The notes under the pieces: model-generated | The model's input: the letters and a program-made list of their open reading frames with translations, nothing else | Told to the model about the DNA's origin: nothing | The model's database searches: none | Program-made: the position numbers and the translations under genes | Virus record (IMG/VR): IMGVR_UViG_3300043788_000169 | Coordinates: 68,502-132,501 of that record | Source: a virus | Reading direction: 5' to 3' (one strand) | Length of the DNA stretch: 64,000 nt | Part shown: in pieces, positions 53,275 through 61,138 of the stretch | Position numbering within the stretch: the first letter of the stretch is position 1 | Layout: each line of letters begins with the position of its first letter

Positions 53275-53830
53275 GCTGGCCGGCAGCGAGCTGATCGCCC
53301 TGGCCAACCGGATCGTGCCTTTCCCGCTGGCGTGCCGCGAGGCCGGGATGGATAACGTGCCCGAGCCCCGGCAGAGCGGCAGCCGGGCCTACTGCCCGTT
53401 CGGTGAGTTCAGCCACCCCGATGGTGGCCGGGATCAGGCGCTGCGCGTCTACTACGACCACGGGTTCTGCTTCGCGGAATGGCTGTACCTGTCCCCGGTC
53501 AAGATCCTCGCGCTGGCCCGGGACCTAGCACCGGAAGAGGCTGCCAGGCACCTGCTCGACCGCGTCGGGTACCAGCCGGCCTCATGGCAGGAGCGGTGGG
53601 AGGAGCTGCTGGAAGAGAGGCCGGAACCGGATTACGCTGCCCTGGCCCGTGCTCTTCGTTCCCGGCTGGAGGTTAGGTACGCTGACTGGGGGAATCGCCA
53701 ACTCGATTCTAATGTTTCGACAATGCTGGCCAGCTGCCTTGGGCTGCTGACACGGGTCCACTCGGAGGCGGACTGCAAGCTTTGGCTGGAGCGGTCCTCA
53801 GAAGTGATGGCGCAGGCACTAGGAGGATGA
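53261..53830 (+). CDS. Primase zinc-binding-domain-like protein lacking TOPRIM
   Basis: CPF...H.DG....R.Y....CFA pattern; only 189 aa. Confidence 0.6.
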   Translation: MSLGELAGSELIALANRIVPFPLACREAGMDNVPEPRQSGSRAYCPFGEFSHPDGGRDQALRVYYDHGFCFAEWLYLSPVKILALARDLAPEEAARHLLDRVGYQPASWQERWEELLEERPEPDYAALARALRSRLEVRYADWGNRQLDSNVSTMLASCLGLLTRVHSEADCKLWLERSSEVMAQALGG

Positions 53831-53831
53831 G

Positions 53832-54128
53832 ATGACTGCAAAGACCACGCTGAACGTCCCAAAGCTGCCCGGATGGATCACGCTGACCGAGGCGTGCAAA
53901 ATCCTGCTGATCTCCCGGTGGGCGGTCCACAAGATGTGCGACCGGGAAGCTCTCAAGCCGGGTGAGAAGCCGGTGCTGAATGCTTTCTACATCGGGGATC
54001 CGGACCGCCCGGTCTACCTCGTGCGGGAGGCGGAAGTCCTGGCCCTGAAGAGGGAACGGGAACGGCAGGCACAGGGCTACCCCGTGGCCGCCCTCGAAGC
54101 GGCGGCGCCTGAGGTGCAGACGGCGTAA
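53832..54128 (+). CDS. Excisionase/MerR-like HTH protein
   Basis: WITLTEACKILLISRWAVHKM; AGGAGG RBS. Confidence 0.7.
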   Translation: MTAKTTLNVPKLPGWITLTEACKILLISRWAVHKMCDREALKPGEKPVLNAFYIGDPDRPVYLVREAEVLALKRERERQAQGYPVAALEAAAPEVQTA

Positions 54129-54135
54129 CAAGAGC

Positions 54136-54172
54136 AGGGCCCTGGGATCGCGGGCGGCGGCCCCAGGGCTCT
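54136..54172 (+). terminator. Hairpin
   Basis: AGGGCCCTGGG / CCCAGGGCTCT. Confidence 0.5.
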
Positions 54173-54192
54173 TCACGTTGGAGGGTGGGGAT

Positions 54193-54687
54193 ATGGCGAT
54201 CTTCGCGGACATGGTGGCTGAGCAGGCGGCGGAAGCTGCTGCCACCTACGATGGTCACCGCTGGCAGTGGCTGGTCGAGCAGTGGGGACGCCCGGTACTT
54301 AGATACGGTCTTGTCTCCCCGGAACAGCTGGGGAGCGATGGAGCGGTCATCGACGTAGCAGGCGCTTTGACCTGCGATGCTGTCATGAGGCGCTGGCTGG
54401 GACTGCCTGGCGAGGAGAACGCCCCCAGGCGGCGGGCTGCCCTGGAGCTGCAGGAAGCCCTGCATGGCTTTGAGATGGAGCGTGCGGCCCGCCCGCCGCA
54501 GGTGACTTACTCGATGCCGCTCAGTGCTCCGGTGGCGGAAGACCTGTACGGCAGCACCTATCTCATCTCCGCACCTGCCACTAGCCCGGCAACCATGCCC
54601 GTGCCCGCGGTGCATCCAGCCCGGCCAGGGCTGATCGAGACCACCCATCAGGTCCGGTCGTTCTTCAGGGATCACCTGCGCAGATGA
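54193..54687 (+). CDS. Hypothetical protein
   Basis: GGAGG upstream of MAIFAD. Confidence 0.6.
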   Translation: MAIFADMVAEQAAEAAATYDGHRWQWLVEQWGRPVLRYGLVSPEQLGSDGAVIDVAGALTCDAVMRRWLGLPGEENAPRRRAALELQEALHGFEMERAARPPQVTYSMPLSAPVAEDLYGSTYLISAPATSPATMPVPAVHPARPGLIETTHQVRSFFRDHLRR

Positions 54688-55088
54688 AAACCCTCCTCAC
54701 GTTCATGGCGCCCCGGGAGATGCTGTCTCCCGCACAGCTGTGGTTCCAGGCCGGCCAGGACTCCACGCGCTATCTGGAGCTGATGCGTGAGTACGGGTAC
54801 ATCGTGCCTTCCAGCGGCGCTCCCGCCCAGCCGCTGCCGTGTGGCTGGCCAGACAACGGGCACCGGGCGTCGTTCACATACGACGACACCCTGGTCTGGG
54901 AGGAGCCCTCGGACAGTGGCAATGGTGTCTACCTCGTCCGCCAGCTGGCCGATGGGCGCTGGTACTGCCCGTGCTCGGATTTCGAGTACCGCGGCATGGA
55001 GCGGCCGTGCAAGCACATCGTGCGTCGGCAGCGGAAGATCGCAGAGGCTGTCGCAAGCCAGGACGGCAGAGGTAGGGTATCGGCGTGA
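54684..55088 (+). CDS. SWIM zinc-finger protein
   Basis: WYCPCSDF...PCKHI. Confidence 0.75.
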   Translation: MKTLLTFMAPREMLSPAQLWFQAGQDSTRYLELMREYGYIVPSSGAPAQPLPCGWPDNGHRASFTYDDTLVWEEPSDSGNGVYLVRQLADGRWYCPCSDFEYRGMERPCKHIVRRQRKIAEAVASQDGRGRVSA

Positions 55089-55336
55089 ATGAGCTGCTGG
55101 AGGAACGCGGGTGGGAAGAGCTTCCTCCAGGGGAGCTGTGCTGGCTGGACTGTGCCAGGCAGGCCCTGCACAAGGAATGGCATCACAGCGAGATAGATCT
55201 CTGCGAACCGCACGCCCTGGTGCTGGAGTCCGGGCGGAAGAATGCCACCTACGCCGGGGCGCTGACCCCGTCCGACTCAGTCGCGATCGAATGGCCGTGG
55301 CGCCGCATTGCCCGTCAGCTTGTCGACGTCGTATAA
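55085..55336 (+). CDS. Hypothetical protein
   Basis: GTGA coupling; C..C...LCEPH. Confidence 0.55.
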   Translation: MNELLEERGWEELPPGELCWLDCARQALHKEWHHSEIDLCEPHALVLESGRKNATYAGALTPSDSVAIEWPWRRIARQLVDVV

Positions 55337-55341
55337 GCCTC

Positions 55342-55605
55342 ATGGCTGGACGGTGTGAGGGCTGCGGCAAGAGAGGCCCGGTGGGCAAGATCTCCAGCCA
55401 CATCCAGGTATGCGATGACTGGCTGAAGCTGTATGTCCAGGACCCGGCTCTGGCTCTGTCTCCGGAAGAGTCGGCCCGGCGGTGGAAAGGCGGGGGCCGC
55501 GCTTCCGAGCGCGCGGCATACCTGCTGGCTGTAACCTCTGACATCGAGGAGCGCCGGGCCGCTGCCCTGGAGCGCTTCCGTCCCGTTGACATCCTGGCCG
55601 ATTAG
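55342..55605 (+). CDS. Small zinc-finger-like protein
   Basis: CEGCG...H...C. Confidence 0.6.
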   Translation: MAGRCEGCGKRGPVGKISSHIQVCDDWLKLYVQDPALALSPEESARRWKGGGRASERAAYLLAVTSDIEERRAAALERFRPVDILAD

Positions 55606-55612
55606 GAGCGCC

Positions 55613-56053
55613 ATGCCCGATGATGCGCAGCCCACGACCAACGCCAGGATCGAGAACATGAAGCGGGCGCGGGAGAAGCAGTTCGCGGAATGGTTCGAGA
55701 CCCGGCACTGGCGGGTGGCCGAGGAGACCAACGGCCTGCGGACGCGCGAGGGCATCACCATCCTGTACGACCACGGGGAGTTCTGGGTCCAGCATCCCGG
55801 TGTGTTCAAGACCCCGCTCGGCCACCGCGGCAAGCGCGGGTTCCTGGTCAAAGAGACCGACGCCGACGGAAAAGACCTTGATCCTGCGTCGGTGCAAGCC
55901 TTCGGTCACCTGACCCTGAAGACGGCCGGGGAGAAGTACGGGACGATCCACGGCCTGCCGGCCGAGCCCCGCAAAGAGCCACCTGAGGAGCTGCTGGAGC
56001 AGCTGGATCCCCCGCACCCAGACTCGGACGACCCTCCTGGGCAGACTGGCTGA
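55613..56053 (+). CDS. Hypothetical protein
   Basis: AGGAG RBS before MPDDAQ. Confidence 0.65.
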   Translation: MPDDAQPTTNARIENMKRAREKQFAEWFETRHWRVAEETNGLRTREGITILYDHGEFWVQHPGVFKTPLGHRGKRGFLVKETDADGKDLDPASVQAFGHLTLKTAGEKYGTIHGLPAEPRKEPPEELLEQLDPPHPDSDDPPGQTG

Positions 56054-56088
56054 GAACTGTCGCCCCTGGGTGGTAGGATTCCCTTCCA

Positions 56089-56118
56089 GTTGACACGGGT
56101 CTACCACCCGGCTAGTCT
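56089..56118 (+). promoter_or_regulatory. Palindrome copy 15 (one mismatch) / leaderless promoter
   Basis: GTTGACACGGGTCTAC; TTGACA-N17-TAGTCT; ATG at 56124. Confidence 0.75.
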
Positions 56119-56123
56119 GCTAG

Positions 56124-57269
56124 ATGGAAGAGCCCAGCCCGTCTGGGCGCGCATTCCAGCTCGGAAGCAGGAGGATGCGCATGCCGCAACCTGTAAGTGC
56201 AGTGCCGTCGTCGCCGGAAGAGTTCGTCAGGCTGTACCGCGATTATGTCGTGCATCTGGTCCGCAAGCTTGGGGTTCCGGACCAGGACTGCGAGGACGTC
56301 GCGAACGACATCCTGGAAAAAGAGCTGAAGGCCAGGAACCGTCTCGATCAGGAGGTCGGGATCCTGGCACTCTACGACCCCGACTTCGAGGTCGAGTTCC
56401 AGGGTGAGCGCAAGAAGGTGACCTTCCGCGCGTTCCTGTCTGCCCGGGTGGCCCGGCGGGTGCGGGGCAAGCGCGAGACCATCCAGCGCCGGGCCGGCCG
56501 TGAGCTGCTGATCTGCGACACCGCGGTTAACGATGGCCAGAGCTGGATCGACCTGTTCGGGGGATCGGTCACCGACGACTACAGCCACCTGGACGCCGAG
56601 GAGTGGCTGGCCGCCATGCGCGACCGGCTGGCCCGCGTCCCCCGCAGCTCCCCCAGTGACAGCTGCGATCTCATCGCCTTGTTTGATGAGCTGGTCAGCC
56701 AGATCAAGCGCACCGGGGCGATCGACCGGGCCGCAGTTCAGGCCCGCTTCGACGTTGCCGACACCACGGTGACCAACTGGCTGTCGCGGCTGCGCGGCAT
56801 CATGGGCGCCGTCCCCGGCACCGAGCTGGCCCAGCCGGAGAGCCGCGTCATCGGCGGCGTGACGCTGACCATGGCGGACATCCGGACGGCGCTCAACGTC
56901 CTGCGTGAGGCCCCCGGCATCATGGTCCGGCAGCCGCTGGCCAAGGCTGGGCACCCGCTGGCCCTGGCCGAGGCGGGCTGGTACCACCCCTTCTCCAAGG
57001 AAGAGATCAAGGCTTTCCCCGAGATCGCGATCGACCCCCAGACCCACCGCAAGCCCGCCGGGCACGTGAAGCTCGCCGTGATCCACCGGCTGGAGCGGAT
57101 GCTCGGGCTGCTCATGGCCGAGGCCCCGGCGCCTGAGCCGGAAGAGCCGCTGACCGAGTGGGAGCTGACCGAGGCCCGCCTGTGGTCGGCCGGCCTGAAG
57201 GACACCTCGGTGCTGGACGAGATCCACAAGTGGTGGGAGACCAGCCACTCGGCGGTATCAGTCGCATGA
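56124..57269 (+). CDS. Sigma-factor-like regulator with extra C-terminal domain
   Basis: Region-2-like FVRLY..YV..LV..LGV...D.EDVA.D...YDP...F..FL; HTH IDRAAVQARFDVADTTVTNWLSRLR. Confidence 0.65.
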   Translation: MEEPSPSGRAFQLGSRRMRMPQPVSAVPSSPEEFVRLYRDYVVHLVRKLGVPDQDCEDVANDILEKELKARNRLDQEVGILALYDPDFEVEFQGERKKVTFRAFLSARVARRVRGKRETIQRRAGRELLICDTAVNDGQSWIDLFGGSVTDDYSHLDAEEWLAAMRDRLARVPRSSPSDSCDLIALFDELVSQIKRTGAIDRAAVQARFDVADTTVTNWLSRLRGIMGAVPGTELAQPESRVIGGVTLTMADIRTALNVLREAPGIMVRQPLAKAGHPLALAEAGWYHPFSKEEIKAFPEIAIDPQTHRKPAGHVKLAVIHRLERMLGLLMAEAPAPEPEEPLTEWELTEARLWSAGLKDTSVLDEIHKWWETSHSAVSVA

Positions 57270-57412
57270 TGGCAGAACAGGCGGTTGTCGTTCAGGGTCT
57301 GGATGTCCTGGGCATCGTTGCAAGTATCGGGCTGGTGGTACTGATCTTTGGTCTTGTGTGGGTCATCAATCTCCTGGGTGACATCCGCAGAGAGTTGCGG
57401 AGGCATCGGTGA
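57266..57412 (+). CDS. Small membrane protein
   Basis: ATGA coupling; single TM. Confidence 0.55.
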   Translation: MMAEQAVVVQGLDVLGIVASIGLVVLIFGLVWVINLLGDIRRELRRHR

Positions 57413-58197
57413 TCGTCGGGCACGACCGCGTCATGACCGAGCTGCTGTGCTGCTCCGAGCCGGCCATGCTCCTGCAGGGCCCCTCCAGCGTCGGCAAGTT
57501 CACCACCGCCCGCCACGTTGCCTACTCCTGGGAAGTGCAGCCGGCGGATCTGTTCTGCATCGAGAAGCTTTCAGCAAACGATGCCAAGCAGGTAGCTGAC
57601 CAGCTGGCTTACATCCCGCCGTTCGGTGATCTCAAGGTGTTCATCATCCGGACGGACGGGGCCACCCCGATTGCCCAGAACATCCTGCTGAAGACCCTGG
57701 AAGAGCCCACGCCGGGCGTCCGGTTCTTCCTGGTGGCTTCTGAGCCCGTGCTGCCTACGGTCGCCTCGCGGTGCCGCCTGTTCCAGTTCGGGCTGCTCAG
57801 CGACGCCGAGGTCGAGCGGGTGCTGAGCCTGACCGGGATGAATGCCGAATCCGCCGCTTTCCATGCCCCGCTCGGCGCGGGCCGGGTGCGGGCGGCCAGG
57901 GAAGGGGTCAGTCCCCATGCCCGCGGGCAGGTCGTCTCGGCGCTGCGCGCGCTGGCGGCCCGGGACGCATCCATGCTGCCCGCCGCCCTGCGGGAGTGGG
58001 ACGACGCCGCGCATAGCCTGCTCAAGCAGTGGGCTGCTGAGGCCGCTTCCGGCCGGTGGCGCGTGTTCACCGAGGAGACCGTCCCTGGTCTCGGCCCGGC
58101 CGCGGCGCGGAGGCTGCTTGGTCGGCTGGGCAGCTACTCCCAGAGTGCTCCCAAGCTGGCGGCTTACGCCGCGCTCGACTCTTTGTGCTGGAGCTGA
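57409..58197 (+). CDS. holB: DNA Pol III clamp-loader delta'-like subunit
   Basis: GPSSVGK; AQN.LLKTLEEP; LPTVASRC. Confidence 0.85.
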   Translation: MIVGHDRVMTELLCCSEPAMLLQGPSSVGKFTTARHVAYSWEVQPADLFCIEKLSANDAKQVADQLAYIPPFGDLKVFIIRTDGATPIAQNILLKTLEEPTPGVRFFLVASEPVLPTVASRCRLFQFGLLSDAEVERVLSLTGMNAESAAFHAPLGAGRVRAAREGVSPHARGQVVSALRALAARDASMLPAALREWDDAAHSLLKQWAAEAASGRWRVFTEETVPGLGPAAARRLLGRLGSYSQSAPKLAAYAALDSLCWS

Positions 58198-58259
58198 TCT
58201 CCTGCGCGATACCTCTCCTGTCGTGCAGCATTGCACCGACCACACAGGAGGGAATCACG

Positions 58260-58817
58260 ATGCCTGACGAGATTGGCGCTGTCGACCTCAGCGGACTGGC
58301 TGACAGCATGGATGCCGCGCGGCGGCAGCGGAGCGCGCCGCCTCACCCGCAGCGCCCCCCGACCAGGACCACCGCCCGGGTGGCTTCGGCGGTGACCAAC
58401 CCAGATGGATCGGGCGTCGCCCAGATCATGGTCACGGACGACTCTCCGCCGTGGATGACTCCCGAGCTGGAGCAGAGCCACAAAGACCTGCTCGGCCTGA
58501 GTGAGCAGGTGAAGCAGCGCGGTACGGAGGTGCTGCGCTACGGGGGGCACATCCCCATGGACAGCATGTTCTCCCTGCAGCTGTTCACTCTGGTCGACAT
58601 GCTCTTCCCGCGGACCACCGAGCGCGGCCAGCGGCAGTTTCTGGAGTATCAGACCCGGGTGCAGAAGCGGCTGCTGGAGATCCTCGACTCCGTTGAGGAC
58701 CAGATCCACCAGGCAGCCCTGGCCGCCGGGAGCCATGTGCCCCCGGAGGCCCTGGCCCGGATGGCGGAGCGTGCCGGGATACCAACCCCGGCGGCCGAGC
58801 AGAGACGAGGTGGGTGA
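58260..58817 (+). CDS. Hypothetical protein
   Basis: AGGAGG RBS before MPDEIG. Confidence 0.65.
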   Translation: MPDEIGAVDLSGLADSMDAARRQRSAPPHPQRPPTRTTARVASAVTNPDGSGVAQIMVTDDSPPWMTPELEQSHKDLLGLSEQVKQRGTEVLRYGGHIPMDSMFSLQLFTLVDMLFPRTTERGQRQFLEYQTRVQKRLLEILDSVEDQIHQAALAAGSHVPPEALARMAERAGIPTPAAEQRRGG

Positions 58818-59786
58818 TTGGCGACCTACGGGCAATGGGCTAAGAAACGGGAGCTGGGCAGGATCAGCTGGGTCTGCGGCAATGAGCCGGTGCTGATCGA
58901 GGAGATCGTCGCTACGGCGCTGGCCCAGGCTACGGCCAGCTTCGTCCTTGATGCAGGTCAGTGCCGCGAGGCTGACATCTGGTCTGCGGCTGCCTCTCCG
59001 CCGTCTGACCCGGATGAGCGCCTGCTGGTTCTCGTCCGCAGCGCTCAGCGGATGAAGCGGTGGGATCAGCTTGGCCAGCTGCTCGCCGCCCGGGATCTTG
59101 GTCAGGTCCGGGTGCTGTTTGTCTCTTCCGAGGACCGCCTGGCAAAGCGCCGCGGGGAGGACGAGGAGAAGGCGGTCCTCGCCCCGCATCTGGCCATGCT
59201 GCGCGACAGCCGGTCCGGGATGGTGGTGGAGTGCCGGGTGCCGGAGGACTGGCGGGATATGCCCGAGTGGCTGCTTGAGTGGGCCAGCACAGTGCTCGGC
59301 GGCGCCGGGCGCGTGGCCGGGGAGATGCTGCTCATGCTGTCCGGCAGCGTCACCGAGGCCGCCGCGGTGGCCGCCAAGCTCACCGGGGCCGGAATCGCCC
59401 CGAGCCGGGAGATGATCTCCGCTCTGGCCGACCCGGCCGGGTCCTACACCGAGGCTGTGATAGCTGGCCGCACGGCGGAGGCCCTGGCAGCGGCCGCAGG
59501 CATGACCCCGGAGGATACCGGGGCTGCGATTGGGCTGCTCGCCTCCCGGCTCGACCTGCTGCTTGCCCTCCACGAGGCCGCCATGAGGCACTGGGACGCC
59601 CGGGAGACAGCGGTGAGGGCGAACGTGCCCAGCTTCCTGCAGCTGCGCTACAGGGCCGCTGCGGCCTCGTACAGCTATGAGCGTGCCCGCGCGCTCCGGC
59701 TGGTTCTGGCGGACGCCGACGCGGCGTGGCGCTCGGGAGTACAGGATGGGGTGCCAGAGTTTGTCGCGGTGCTGTGGGCAGCCTAG
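58818..59786 (+). CDS. holA: DNA Pol III clamp-loader delta-like subunit
   Basis: W.CG.E..LIEE N-terminus; RLLVLVR.A; C-terminal L..LADAD...RSG; about 320 aa next to holB. Confidence 0.65.
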   Translation: MATYGQWAKKRELGRISWVCGNEPVLIEEIVATALAQATASFVLDAGQCREADIWSAAASPPSDPDERLLVLVRSAQRMKRWDQLGQLLAARDLGQVRVLFVSSEDRLAKRRGEDEEKAVLAPHLAMLRDSRSGMVVECRVPEDWRDMPEWLLEWASTVLGGAGRVAGEMLLMLSGSVTEAAAVAAKLTGAGIAPSREMISALADPAGSYTEAVIAGRTAEALAAAAGMTPEDTGAAIGLLASRLDLLLALHEAAMRHWDARETAVRANVPSFLQLRYRAAAASYSYERARALRLVLADADAAWRSGVQDGVPEFVAVLWAA

Positions 59787-59800
59787 GAGGTAGCAGGGAC

Positions 59801-60235
59801 ATGACTACCAAGCCACGCCAGCGTCCTGGCGATCAGCCGCTGCCGGTCCCGAACGACCGTCCCTCGATTCATGATCTGGTGCTGGAAGACCTTGAGCAGA
59901 TGCATCTGGACGGACCGGCTTCCCTGATCCTGCTCTCCCGCAGGCAGCTTGGGCTGGACCGCTATGACTCGCTGCTTCAGGCGTTCAACAACCGGGACGC
60001 CTTCCGGGATCTGGTGGAGGAGCTGGCCGACGCCAGTGTCTACGCCCGTCAGCTGATCGAGGAGCATAAAGAGGCCGGAACACCGGCTGGACCTCAGCTC
60101 ATCCGGCTGCAGATTGTCGCTACCTCCCTGCTGTTCCTGCTCAACGATGTTCTTACGCTCTCGCTCCCCACGCCAAAGCCGCGCTATGGTGATGGTGAGC
60201 AGGCAGGAGAGCCTGCGGACGGAGCTGGTTCATGA
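59801..60235 (+). CDS. MazG-like nucleotide pyrophosphohydrolase-fold protein
   Basis: R..LG..RY...L...N.RD...D..EELADA.VY. Confidence 0.55.
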   Translation: MTTKPRQRPGDQPLPVPNDRPSIHDLVLEDLEQMHLDGPASLILLSRRQLGLDRYDSLLQAFNNRDAFRDLVEELADASVYARQLIEEHKEAGTPAGPQLIRLQIVATSLLFLLNDVLTLSLPTPKPRYGDGEQAGEPADGAGS

Positions 60236-60624
60236 CAGGTGCAGCCCCGCCCAGCTGGCGGGTTTACCAGAAGGAATGGACCGTCGTCTACACCAGTGAT
60301 GAAACTGATGAGGAAGGCGCGGCGGAAGTCAGCCGGTTCCTTGCTGAGCACTACGATGGGCGCCTGCGTGACGAGGACATCCGGCTGAGCATCTCGGTCC
60401 CTGTCCTCGTGAATGGCCAGCGTCCCGAGAAGTACGAGCCTGTGCACTCGCTCGGGTCGGTACGGCTCTGGAACCGGCGCGGGGAGTGGGGTCTTGAGAA
60501 GGACGCCCGCAATCACGCCGAGAGGATCTGGGCCGCGGAAGGTGTAGTCCCTACTGTGGTAGGGGCAGAAACACCACAGGAGCAGGAGCTGCTCGATTAC
60601 GGGAAGAGGATGCTGCCCGCATGA
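60232..60624 (+). CDS. Hypothetical protein
   Basis: ATGA coupling. Confidence 0.6.
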   Translation: MTGAAPPSWRVYQKEWTVVYTSDETDEEGAAEVSRFLAEHYDGRLRDEDIRLSISVPVLVNGQRPEKYEPVHSLGSVRLWNRRGEWGLEKDARNHAERIWAAEGVVPTVVGAETPQEQELLDYGKRMLPA

Positions 60625-60797
60625 GCCCAGTTGCTGTCGAGGCACTCGAAACCAGGCTGGCGCAGATAGAGCGCGAGCGCGACTTCGCGAACACGGTGGC
60701 TGCGGAGGCCGTCCGCATGCTCAGCGATGATCAGCTCCACGCACTGCGCCGGCGGCTGGCGGGGTGCGACGAGCCTGCGCTCGCCCGCACGGGCTGA
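60621..60797 (+). CDS. Small coiled-coil protein (58 aa, absent from ORF track)
   Basis: ATGA and TGATG coupling on both sides. Confidence 0.55.
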   Translation: MSPVAVEALETRLAQIERERDFANTVAAEAVRMLSDDQLHALRRRLAGCDEPALARTG

Positions 60798-61138
60798 TGC
60801 GTGTCTACCGTAATCGCTCGGGGCGTGTCGTCGGCACGTCCCAGGGCTGCTTGTCCTACTTCATCGGATGGTCGTTCGGGGTCATCCTCATGCTTGGGGT
60901 AATCGCCCTCATCTTCCTGTGGCCGCTAGCGGCCTTCCAGGGACCTGACGACTGGCAGCCCCGGCTCTTCTGGTTCTTCACCCAGTGGTTCCTTGTTTCC
61001 CTGATCGTCCGCCGGGTCTCCCGCGCCGCCAGGCGCCGCCGGCTCGCCGCGCAGGCCGACCGGGCCGTCGCTGAAAAGTACGGGTCCGGCCCGAGGGACT
61101 GGTCGCCCATGAATGACGACGGCCGGCGGGCGATCTGA
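60797..61138 (+). CDS. Membrane protein
   Basis: TGATG coupling; two TM. Confidence 0.6.
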   Translation: MRVYRNRSGRVVGTSQGCLSYFIGWSFGVILMLGVIALIFLWPLAAFQGPDDWQPRLFWFFTQWFLVSLIVRRVSRAARRRRLAAQADRAVAEKYGSGPRDWSPMNDDGRRAI

